Assembly (NCBI GenBank): GCA_051294905.1
Contig: CM119376.1
Coordinates: forward strand, 25,112,001 to 25,172,000
DNA from: Botryllus schlosseri
Taxonomy: Eukaryota
DNA: 60,000 nt
Direction of reading: 5' to 3'
Each line of letters begins with the position of its first letter. Within the stretch, counting starts at the first letter, position 1. The translations under genes were made by a program, and so were the position numbers. Below, piece by piece: positions 1 through 10,745 of the stretch. Below the pieces are notes generated by a model, which was not told the origin of the DNA, made no database searches, and worked only from the letters and a program-made list of their open reading frames with translations.

Positions 1-260
1 GAGCAGATTGAGCAGTCATCAAGATTAGAGTGTTTTGACGCAAAAAGCGTCAGAACCGTTACGAGAAACATACCGGCGGTGCCGGTAAAATCAATAATTC
101 CATCCGTGATTACCAGCTGTCAATCGAAACGGAAAACGTAAGTTAATGATCGACCAACTGTTGATTCAAAAGCGGCGGATCAAAAATCACCCAATGCTGC
201 CTTTCTCTTCTAAATTACAAGGTTGCCTGTGACAGGGGATTCGTTGAAGCTGAACCGCGC

Positions 261-428
261 GACAAGATATAGCGTGATGGTGGAGCGCCCGACTGCTTGA
301 TCGGTAGGTCGATGGGTTCGATCCCCGGCCGGGTCAGACCAAAGACCTGATTAGTAACACTGGTATCCAAGACTTCCCCGCTTGGTGCTCAGCATTACCG
401 GGATAGCATGGAGAGGTGGTGCAAGAGA
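261..428 (+). mobile_element. tRNA-derived SINE, family 1
   Basis: Pol III A-box-like TAGCGTGATGGT and B-box GGTTCGATCCC, followed by the body GGTCAGACCAAAGAC...CTTCCCCGCTTGGTGCTCAGCATT. A near-identical copy lies in reverse orientation at about 40385-40550. Confidence 0.8.
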
Positions 429-496
429 TAGAAAGCCTGAAAATGCTATTTCATTTCTGCACCTTCCCACCTTTCTTACCCAGAGGCATATGCAAG

Positions 497-531
<35 letters not shown>

Positions 532-544
532 CGTGTGTGTGTGT
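497..544. repeat. (GT)n microsatellite
   Basis: GTGCGTGTGTGT... run just downstream of the SINE. Confidence 0.95.
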
Positions 545-763
545 CCGGAACAAATTCATATCAAGGTTCTGTATCTAAGATTTGCATGATGGTTACTGCC
601 CTCACCCAAGACCCAAGGGCGCGCTCATATACTGCTGTGGAAAATCACTATATAAAGTAACGTATGAAAAGGTTGAGAACCCCTGGGATAGTCAATGTTC
701 CACATCTACACTACCGCGTGCAGTCGTGCACACTGTATTATGAAAGGACAATATACTTATTAC

Positions 764-2011
764 CAGGGCCGGACAAAATCTAATATCTGAGCGGTTCGAT
801 TCCGAGTCGAGTATTGAGCTTCGCGTCCAGTAGAGTAGGCCTATTCGAGTACCACTCATAATGACTCCGTAACTGGACTGATGACTTCAAAAGTTCAAAT
901 ATGTATCTCCTTTGCGGCTACAACGAAAATGATGCCAGTTCCACGTCGTGTCATGCAAAATATTTCGTGTTTCTGAACCGAAACTATATCGTAGAACGTA
1001 GTGATCATTGCGATGCCGTTCAATTGAAAACACCACAAGACCGCGATACAATGAAAATATGGGAAGGTATCGAAACGACTTGGAGTAGTCTTTGAAATCA
1101 GACACTTTTTCGGGTCTGGGCGATGTAAATAGGATGCATGCACATTGCACGCTGAATGAGGACTAAAAGAAGGCAAACGACATGTGACGGAAGGCGAGAT
1201 CGATATGTCAGGTCGTGGTCCGGTAAACTTGAGGGCTGACTGGTATTGATTCAGTAGAAATTGCTTGTATTTCGACTTCAATGTGGATAACTGGATATGC
1301 TCGATGAGTGTCGGGCAGCCGGCGAGATACTGTTCCACAATGCCGGTCCGGCATATTTGATTGAGCGATGATCTATCATGTCGATTATATGATATGATAT
1401 GGGTCCAGTACTTATGCTCTTTTGATTCCGAGGTAAAGAAGTCATTGAAAATGTTCGGGTTAGTGACCACAATGGAGCTGATACATAAACTTGGCAATTT
1501 CTAGCTTCGGTACATCTTTTTTGTTTAGGACACCGAATCTTTTGAGAAGTGATTTGTTGGACGCACAACATGGCCTCCGTGGGACCCTGGCTATGATGAA
1601 GGACTTGTAGTTGTAGTTTTTTTGCAGTGGCTTGAGTGCTCTAACACTAACAGCCCCCAGCAGAGAATGCCATATTGTACCTTCGATTAGAATGTGTATT
1701 TGAAGAAGGACCCAGCGCGACATGTAGTCTCTAAGGCTCGAGTGCTACATAGCAGAAATGTCATTCCGAAAATATTAGAAGCCGTATACAACACGTTTTT
1801 GGAAGTTGATATATCATTAATCGAGGTTTCGAGACTCCAGCGGTGGAAATGAAGTACTGGAACCAAATTTTTCGATCATAAAATATGTCTCTTGGTGTGA
1901 AGGCGTATATTTTCGTTCCTCGAAAAATCGACACTCACTACTCGACTCGAATCATTACAAATGATCCTCGACTCGGAGTCGTGTACACTCGAATCGATAT
2001 ATCCAGCCCTA
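764..2011. mobile_element. Old hAT-type MITE (family A) enclosing a LINE fragment
   Basis: Termini CAGGGCCGG...CCAGCCCTA, flanks CTTATTAC/CTTATAAC (7/8 TSD). Both ends resemble the 3809-4311 element, with about 650 bp of extra internal sequence. Confidence 0.7.
1200..1723 (-). pseudogene. Degenerate non-LTR retrotransposon (CR1/L2-like) ORF2 C-terminal fragment
   Basis: Frameshifted pieces LEIAKFMYQLH / NIFNDFF / RSIKYAGPALWNSI / LKSKYKQFLLNQY resemble the region downstream of the RT domain in CR1-group LINEs. Confidence 0.65.
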
Positions 2012-2049
2012 CTTATAACGTATCCTCCTGATCGAATAAGTATGATTCA

Positions 2050-2950
2050 GATGCATTTGGTCCGGCTTACCGCTCACGCGCAGTATTTTGCAAGAGATTC
2101 CGTACTTTGCTTCGAATGTCATCGCTAATTGTCAACACACAATCCACTCCGCACGCCGAGTCGTATTCTGGATTGTTGGCAAATTCCGAAGTCGTCTAGA
2201 AAACATCCATCGCTATTGTGATAACATGGATTGTAGCATCTTAATTAACGATTGGGTTAAATTTAAACATACGAATGGGAGCATTATTCAGTTCTCTGTT
2301 TTCGATGGTCGTGATCTAGTCCAGGGAAAGGTGTCACTACGCAACTACTAATTTACCTGGAACATGGGCATTAGGCATATCATCTGGAGGTCCAAATCGT
2401 CATGGGCTCCAAAAATTTGATTTGATTCTTCATTAAGCTATCCATCTGTATCCGAAATCAGATGCATAAAGAGAGGGGAGATGGTAGGGCGTATAGCTGA
2501 CCAACAATATCCACTAATTACATTAAATATAGATATTTCATCAGTTTTTTTGCAACTGAAGAGAAATACTCTATTTCATTTGAGCCCCTTCCTCGTGAAC
2601 GGATTGAAGGAATCAATTGGCTTGTTGCGAATGCTAGAAACGATGTTGCGATGTATAAATGTGAACAGAAATAGATCAAGTACCACAACTGTACGATGCA
2701 TATTATCTGTGGGAATAATGCTGTAGTTATTTAAATCATAGTGTTCAAGTATACCGTGACGCAATATTTTATTCCGTATGTCAGTGCCAATATGTCATAG
2801 TTTTCCTTGTATGACAGGCTGAAAGGTACTGTTCTGCAATGAGCTTCCATATACTCTGGCTACTTCTTGTGGAATTGTATGGTCGATGGTGATTTAAGGG
2901 TGGTGATTATGATGTAAGAGCGGCGAAATCGGGAATCTTAATTTCCTGAC
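2050..2950 (-). pseudogene. Possible degenerate LINE AP-endonuclease fragment
   Basis: Broken frames with NYDILALT, YDLNNYSII and VVVLDLF, loosely like DIIAITETW...YNLxGY...GGGV motifs. Heavily decayed. Confidence 0.35.
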
Positions 2951-3808
2951 GATTTCTCCTTTCTCATTTTCAATATGGTCATGAGAAATCGGCGCGACTG
3001 TAGAAAGTAAATATCAACTGTTCCGTTTGTAATTCTGCCAACGTGAGAAGCTGTCTCAATCCTACGCTTTTAATTCTGGCACAATCGGAAATGTTGTATT
3101 CAACAAGCTTTAATCCTTTGAGCCCGGGAAATTGTCATAAGCAGTATGATTGGCTGGAAGTACGCTGAGAACCGCGTGACCTGAACAAGGCGCCGAAGGC
3201 CCGTATTTCCATCAGTGATCGACGTGCTGAAGTTCAGAATAAGCTTACCAGTGCTTGCACCATAATGTCTTCTATTTGACGGAGTGGAAACAGATTCAAA
3301 ACAGTCGCTGTACTGCTTTCCTCTCGATATTTGGAAGGTTTCGGCTGAAGTTTCGTATCTGTCGTCTGGTCCTTGTGTTTCGTACGGACGGTTTTTCTGC
3401 TTGTCGAAGAAATTGTTGAAGGCGCTACTGACGATTGCCTCGTAATCCTTTTCATTTTACTCGAATTCGACATTGGTATGGAATATTCCTGTGCTTGCGT
3501 ACCAAAACAAGCTATACAGTATTACAGACCATTGATTCCTTACTTCCTTGTAGTAACGTACAAAGTGCTCCACTCCATAACTTATCGTACAAGCCAAGTA
3601 CGATTAAGCGGCGTTGTCTGTACCTAGTGTTTGTTTACGTTTTTCTCGATCAGCTTGAGTGGACACTTGATTCGGAGCGATTGATAGTATTACGTCATGC
3701 AGTAGCTGTTGATGACAAGACCAGTCTCGGCAGTCACCGCTGACCTGTCGCATAAAACGGCATCATTGAAAGACATGAACATAGTCGTTCCCTCCCTTCT
3801 CTGGTGAC

Positions 3809-4311
3809 TAGGGCTGGGCAAAATCGAATACCTGAGTGATTCGATTCTGAATCACGTATTAAGCTTCGAGTCGAGTCGAGTATTCGAGTATCACACAACA
3901 GAATGTACAATATCAAAGTTCAAATATGTACCTTTTATGCCACCACAAAGAACATAATGCCTGTTATCCATCACATTAAAGATACTTTGGTATCTTTTTC
4001 GACGATACCGATATCATTGCACTTCTTGACAATGTTGTGGGATGATCATGATTTCGGAAATGTATTATTTCCAGTAACGGTCGTAGCTTTGTACTATGTG
4101 TCGTATGCTACGACACAGCCAATCAAGGATTCAAGGCTTCCTCGGTGGAAAATAGTATCAAAACTATAATTTCCGTTAGTAAATTAACTTTCAGTTGCGA
4201 GGAGCGTATAATTTCAGTACTCGAAAAAATCATCTTTTACTGCTCGACTCGAATCATTAAAATTAATACTCGATTCAGATTCGAGTACTCGAATCATTGT
4301 GCCCAGCCCTA
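3809..4311. mobile_element. hAT-type MITE, family A
   Basis: TIRs TAGGGCTGGGCA/TGCCCAGCCCTA; perfect 8-bp TSD CTGGTGAC (3801-3808, 4312-4319). Confidence 0.92.
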
Positions 4312-5082
4312 CTGGTGACCACCCTATTTGAGATTCGCGCGGCTCTTCTACTGATCACTTATTTTACTACGAGGCATGGTCGATTAATTTAAGTGCGTTG
4401 TATGCCATTCATTTGCAATTGCAACCATTGTAGAGCCTACTCGCACAAGCTGTAGCCTGTACACTGTGCATTGCGTGTACTACTGTGTACCGTACAGTGG
4501 TGCATTGAGCAAGCAGGTTTAGATAAAACAACTTTCCAAGTGGAATTTACTATCGGACTTTGTTTAACAAATGGCCGAACACAAACAGCTAGGACTCGGG
4601 TTTAAACGCAGGCCGAATCTTTCTCAACAAATGTCAGAGCATTTTCATTTTAGTACTATTACTACGGCACCATCTTATCCAATCTGGTTACTCGTAAATT
4701 GATAGCGATACTACATAATGCCTGCCGTGTCAAAATTTGATAGCAATCGAGTTGAAGAACTAACAAGCTAATTTGCCTGAATAGAATTCATCCCAGCCCT
4801 CAAGCAGGCATCTGGACATAATTATCAACCCAACCACAAGTTGGCGAACTCTGTTCTGTCGCCTCGCAGCAGACTGCTCTCGATCAAGTCATCAATTCGG
4901 AAGCTATAAACGTAAGTGCTCCAACTGCCGTGGATACTGGATACCATACTGTGTTTTGCAAGTAATCTGGCATAGCACCGTATTAACCTACATGCTGTTC
5001 CAAAACATGGTCTTCTACATCTCTGAAATATATCTATCTGCTTTGTTATTTATGCACATTTTCCGTCTATCGATAATTATAA

Positions 5083-5504
5083 TAGGCTTACCATATTTTG
5101 GAAATCTAAAAAAGGACACTTTTTCAGAAATTTGAGTCTTGCAAAACCGGAGTAGAATTCTCAAAAACCGGTGAATTTTTCCCACTTTGGGACCGGTTGA
5201 AAAAAAAAGGTCATCTCTCCGCGCTCAAAATACCGTTTTTTTCTCCGCATTGCTAGGTGGATGACTAAAAAAAAAGGTCATGTTTCCGCTCGGAGCTCAA
5301 TATAGCGTTTTTCGCTCCGAAATACCCTCCAGAGCGTCACTTCTGTACTAAATTACAGCATATCACTAGCAATTTGCTCTAAATCTGACCTAAATTTTCA
5401 AAAAAGAGGACAAAATCTCAAAAAAGAGGACAAAAGGGCGTCCTCCGAGGACACTTTAAAAAAAGAGGACAAATCCTCTTAAAAGAGGACGTATGGTAAG
5501 CCTG
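5083..5504. mobile_element. hAT-type MITE
   Basis: TIRs TAGGCTTACCATA/TATGGTAAGCCTG; perfect TSD AATTATAA; subterminal AAAAGAGGACA repeats. Confidence 0.9.
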
Positions 5505-6532
5505 AATTATAATCAACTGCGCTATTTACACAATAACATTGACCATGAAATGGTGTGTAATGAAAATGTATTTTGTGCAAAATCAACATGTAAGCACAAC
5601 ACATCGTGTTGCTAATATCAATCTCTAAAAAGTATAGTAAAAATATCATTCATAAACGCATGATTCGAGCAGTTATCACTTTAAGTGTCTGCTGCCAAGG
5701 TTAAACAAATGAGGATCTTTCTTGCGACCTCGGAATGTCCTTTTAGTATAGGGAAAATACAGTTATTCGGATGGATTATCACTTCACCACAGTGACATCA
5801 CACAACTTCGATCCCGTCTACACCCTAATAAATAATAGTATGAAATATAAAGAAGGATGAAGAAATAGGCGATATTTTGCATAACCTGACTGCCATTCTA
5901 AAGACGGTAGGAGTCGTAAAGAAAAGATACCTGAGGTAGAAAAGGAAGAATGCGGGCCGAGCTGTTGTTTTCCTCTATCATCAACTGTGCGACACTGTAC
6001 AGTGCAATACAGTACGCTGTACAGTGTACACACCAACACGGATTTTATATACCATGACTTTAAGCTATGTTTACGCGTCCAAATCGCAGGTCAACATGGC
6101 AAGGATTTGTATGACAAGAGATAACTCTTTATGTAGCATACGACAATGAGGATGTTCAATATGGCATCAAATTCACTTCCCAATCCTTTTCTAATCTCAT
6201 TTATACAAAGTATAGTGTTTATTTCGCAGATGATCACCGTATAGCTGCAACAATGACAATCGGTGCTTATTTTGATATTCTCGCCGCGAGTTGTACAAAC
6301 GGAAACATGAGTTTCCTTTACGCAACATTGTTGACATTTCGGATCAATCTATTTTTCTCCTCCGCACACACGCGTGCCTTCTGCCGAAGTTCGATGACTC
6401 TGGATCCAGCCTTCAGACTTCCCCTTTGACTCATTGACTCGAGGATGGATTGTCTGACCCGCCTCTTAGTCTCGACATTTCTCCTCATCTCGCAGCAATT
6501 CGATAGAGTGCGTGGGTCCTGAATCAGGCTCT

Positions 6533-7218
6533 TCACGGATTAAGAGAGCCTCTAGGCAGCATCGCGTTCGCAATATGAAATATTGACCCCGGATACCAAT
6601 GAACCCCGGATATGCTTTTTGTAGTGGTGGGTTGGTCGCTCCATCTGAAACCCCACCTCCACAATAGGCGTAACGGATAAAATAATGCGTGGGATATGTA
6701 TTCATTGTGATATACCGCGTATGATGAAGCAGCCACGCCGTCTACTATAATGCTTCCTTCTGCGGTAAGTGGGGCGAAAACGCCCTTACCTTCAACGGAG
6801 TGGACCGCTGTTACTTTTGCAGCGGCAAAGTCAGTTGAATTCGTTATTTCGTACGAGTTCAAATATACGTAATCTCCTAGCTGTATATCCTCGGCAAATA
6901 CAGCTCGCGGATGCCACCTGTCGGGCAGTGTTGATTCGTGTTTGTAAATAAGATGATTCTTAGTCAGTGTGACTTGCCGCTGAATGCTTTGGTGCCCGTT
7001 CTCAGTTCTGGCTGTGATTTTGACGAAATTTGCGACAGTGTCAGCGTTCTCGTGCATCATGAGAATCACGTCGGATAGTTTTCGGGCGCCAGTGTCGCGA
7101 TCGTACGTCAGAACTTTGTCTCCGACTTTCAATTCGTCCATCTTGAGTACTTCGCCGTCATGCGTGGTCACTGTGCTATCTTTAGGAAAGCATCCAGATC
7201 CCATGGAGACTTCGTCAT
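6533..7218 (-). CDS. hh: Hedgehog exon 4 (last): Hint/Hog autoprocessing domain and sterol-recognition region
   Basis: Acceptor ...TATTTCAG|AT (phase 1). Contains GSG|CFP cleavage site, ELKVGDKVL, TLTKNHLI (TxxH), GVFAPLTAEGSIIVDGVAAS-S-YA, HALFYPLR and GVHWY. Stop TGA at 6535-6533. Confidence 0.97.
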
Positions 7219-8980
7219 CTGAAATAGGCAAGGCGTTTTAAGCAAAGGCGGATCCTTAAGCCCAACGATTAACAGACACACTTGAGAGTGTCCGACGTCT
7301 AGTCATGCCGCTGTGTGTTCCGACGAACAATTTCGCTATTCAATACGGCTCGCTAAAAAAGTATTACTCATGTGTTCATCTATGAATATGTCACAAAATC
7401 AAAACAACGCAAGCAGTACATCAAAGTTTGTGTTATTTTGCCCCCGAAACAAGTATCTTAAATTCTTTACAAAGGTACATCTTCGTATGAGGTATTACCT
7501 ATTTCGGAGAGTGGCTAATGGGTTAGCCTGCTTGCTGGGAAAATACTTTTGCGCCAGCCTCCCTCGTTTTATCCGAAGTGGGACTCTATTGTCCTGGGAT
7601 TATAACATTTTAGCCCCGATGCGTAATCTTGTCAGTCGGGCGGCTGGATAAAGAGCCTTGTAAAAACATGCTCGCTTATCTGTTATGAATAGAATGCGAT
7701 TGCGAAATCCGAATTTAATTGCATCCTAAACTTATCCTGTCGGGATGTTTGTCCAGTAGATGACAATATCGAAATGCTCGAATGTATGTAGGCTAATACC
7801 TACGAACAAAGATGCGCGGCGGGAACATTTTAGTCGCTTAAAAGAAGCTTTTCCGAAAGTCGTCCGTTTGATCGACATTCTGGGATTGTGTGAAAATTTT
7901 GTCATTGACAGTAAGCTTGATCGCCGCTACTTTCTCAAGCTTGCTACGCTCATCAATGTCGGCGACTCCTTTAGGTTTTCGATGCGTCGCTGCGGATACT
8001 TAACCTTTTCTAGCGTCCATAAGAGGCATGTTTTGGCTTCGACTATATAATTAAAACCGTAGCGCGCAGCCCCGCGATCATATTGAAGGCTTATTGTTCG
8101 AAGCATCACGGTCTTATTGGTTTGTTCGCGGGTTCGCCCGAATGCAGATGACACCTCTTCCATATTCAAGAGGGTATGACATCACAATAGCTCAAGAAAG
8201 GTAGCTCCGCTATACGTTAGCTACGTTATTTACAGTTCCCGGCACGATAAAGCGAGGCGATTGTTTGGCACGGGTGTTTCGTGTTGGAAGCTTTCATAAG
8301 AAAATCATTAGCGTTCGAGAGGCGACGCGCTTTGGGTTTGAACTACCGAATTGGGTCATTAGATAGAACGTGCCGTCACCTTTGGGATATTTACCGTTGA
8401 GTGCTAATGCGGTCGTGGCTCACACGATACGGCACGACCGCGCAGCATATCATCCATTTTTTAATGTCTTTGACATCTTTGCAAACATGATCCAACCAAA
8501 TTGAAAACGATAATACGATAGTCAACAGCCGTGTAGATATTTCACAAAACTTCTAGAGAGCTAACGTGGTAAATGTTGAGAAATTCGAACGTAATCGTCC
8601 TAGCATAATATTCAAACGACCGTAATATATAATCCAATGTCGAAGATATTAAACATTATATTGAACATAGAGGAGGATTATAACTTGTAAAACCAGTAAC
8701 GCTCTACTGTTAAATCTCTTGGCAATAATGCGTTACCAATAATCTTTTACGTAGTTTACAGATATAACTATGTAATCGCGTTGTAACAGGAACGGGTATT
8801 ACGTAGTGTTGAATACGTGAGACGCAGCTCAGTTCATTTTTCCAGCCGGTCTTTATCATCTATCTTTACTGACGTGTACAAAGTATCCACCCGATCACGC
8901 TAAGTGAACACCGAACACGGATAATTGCCGTCTTCTCGAGACATCAGAGCGGATGAAATGACCCGTGGTCGGCCACTTAC

Positions 8981-9115
8981 CGGCAATGACACTTGCGTGT
9001 ATGTGATGCTTTGATTCGTAAAATACCCAGTCAAACCCGGCATTCACGGCCATCCGAGCCAGCATTCCGTACTTCTCCTCGTCTCTGTCGTCCGTGGTGA
9101 GGTCCACTGCTCTAC
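8981..9115 (-). CDS. hh: Hedgehog exon 3 (HhN C-terminal part)
   Basis: TTTTCTCAG|GT...G|GTAAGT; encodes [44 protein letters not shown]; 135 bp, phase 1 to 1. Confidence 0.97.
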
Positions 9116-9666
9116 CTGAGAAAACCGGGGTGTTTGTAATGTTCGACCAGTGGCAAAAGCTTTCAATATATATCTTGTATGCGCCATCCGTACGAGAGTA
9201 CAAAGTTTTCTAGTCTGACTGCGTCGTGATATTGACTTTGAGCTTGGGCGTTTCGGTGATTTGAAAGGCAACAACAAATTTATTCATAGAAATGGATCGG
9301 AACTTTTCAAGAGTGATAGGCCATCATCGTGAGAAAATCGAAATCATAAAACTCGTCCTGCCGATTCAATAACGGATTAACGGGAGTATACGCTGCGCAG
9401 GGTCATTGTCGAAATCCACTGCACAGTGTAATGTACACACGATTATACGTGATGTTATAAAGCTCGCATCGATAAAAGAGAAATCGTCTCCAGAAATAAG
9501 AGTTGAATACTAGACATTTCTAGACAATTCAAGTCGTCTAATTAAACTAAATGGAGCGAAATGCCGGTAATACAATTATAATATCATTTGTGAAATATTT
9601 CTACGCTTCAATATTAATTCTAATTTAATTTATGATTTTTCTGAAAATGCTGCAGGAAAAATGTAT

Positions 9667-9916
9667 ATGAAGAGCTTCTTGGGGGTAGAGAACTCCAACA
9701 TACAATTGAATAGTATATTCATATTGAAATGAACCCGAATATTTTCGGCTGACACTCGTCAGGGGTAATCGTCAGTTGTACAGTGCAAAACGACCTAAGC
9801 TTGGTGTACATAGATCTGTCATTCTCATGCTTATAACATTGAATAATATTCATATTGAAATGTATATATACTATTCAATTATATAGTGAAGTTCTGTACC
9901 TCCAAGAAGCCCTCAT
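9667..9916. repeat. Imperfect inverted repeat / small MITE-like element in hh intron 2
   Basis: AGAGCTTCTTGGGGGTAGAGAACT...AATTGAATAGTATA is mirrored by TATACTATTCAATT...AGTTCTGTACCTCCAAGAAGCCCT. Confidence 0.55.
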
Positions 9917-10296
9917 GCTATTGAGAATGAACTCTGGTATGAACTGTGTTTGATTTTTGTTGTATTCCTCTCTAATTCGGAATATATTTCTATTTCAATT
10001 TTGTGAATTCATAATTTCTACTCCTAACATAATTTGGAAAAGCTGACAATTTTCTTGTTGTCCACTCTGCCAGAATTACACCGTTCATTTCATGTGTAAT
10101 ACGAATAGACTTCAGCAAAGGTATATTATTGTCAACAAAACGATACGATTGATCGTGTCATAAAACATGGTAGGCGTATGAAATTTTACCCGGTGTCGGT
10201 GTAATGGTCGCTTTATCGACACGCGAAGATGTAAAGCTACGCCTATTGAGGTGGCTATCAGTGTACGGTTTCCATGCATTAAAGTAGTATCCTTAC

Positions 10297-10423
10297 CTTC
10301 GTAATGCAGCGAGTCCCGCCCGTGATTCCCGTCTTCGTCCCAAGCCTCGATTACACGTAGCTTCACTTTTGGCCATCTATTCACCACCATCAGCGCCAAG
10401 GTTTTTAGACGATCCTGGCATCG
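10297..10423 (-). CDS. hh: Hedgehog exon 2
   Basis: CTTTTCAG|CGA...GAA G|GTAAGG; encodes RCQDRLKTLALMVVNRWPKVKLRVIEAWDEDGNHGRDSLHYE(G); 127 bp, phase 0 to 1. Confidence 0.97.
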
Positions 10424-10542
10424 CTGAAAAGTGAATTCACGTTAGATCCACGTTATGAAGGTTGCTTGTACGCGGAACTATCAGCCAGGCGGTCAAGAAA
10501 GCTTAAGCTGTTGTTGTTTCGGTATACGTGGTGATTCCATAT

Positions 10543-10745
10543 GTGATTCCTGATCTGTTGACTTGCAGCACGGCCCATTTTCGTTCTAGGCTTTTGTAAG
10601 ACACCGCCTACACGGATCAGATGGCTAGGAGCCTAGATAAACCTCCAACACTTAGGTAGGAATTCTGGAGTCGACCTCGGTCGGATTCAAACTCGCGACC
10701 CATTGGTGTTACAGCTGTGGATTATACCACTACGCTATCTCGCCA
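10543..10745 (-). mobile_element. tRNA-derived SINE, family 2 (hh intron 1)
   Basis: Minus strand TAGCGTAGTGGT (A box)...GAGTTTGAATCC (B box). Body segments recur at about 22440-22510, 24172-24230, 25085-25155 and 47055-47200. Confidence 0.7.

Noticed and set aside
265..332. tRNA gene
   Set aside because: A and B boxes are present, but the cloverleaf is imperfect and continues into a repeated SINE body found again at 40.4 kb.
382..660. 92-aa ORF with a CVCVCV tract
   Set aside because: Translation of the SINE tail and the (GT)n microsatellite.
6533..7231. Stand-alone intein or bacterial intein-like ORF
   Set aside because: It is the spliced last exon of hedgehog (phase-compatible with exon 3) and has a sterol-recognition region rather than a C-terminal His-Asn splice junction.
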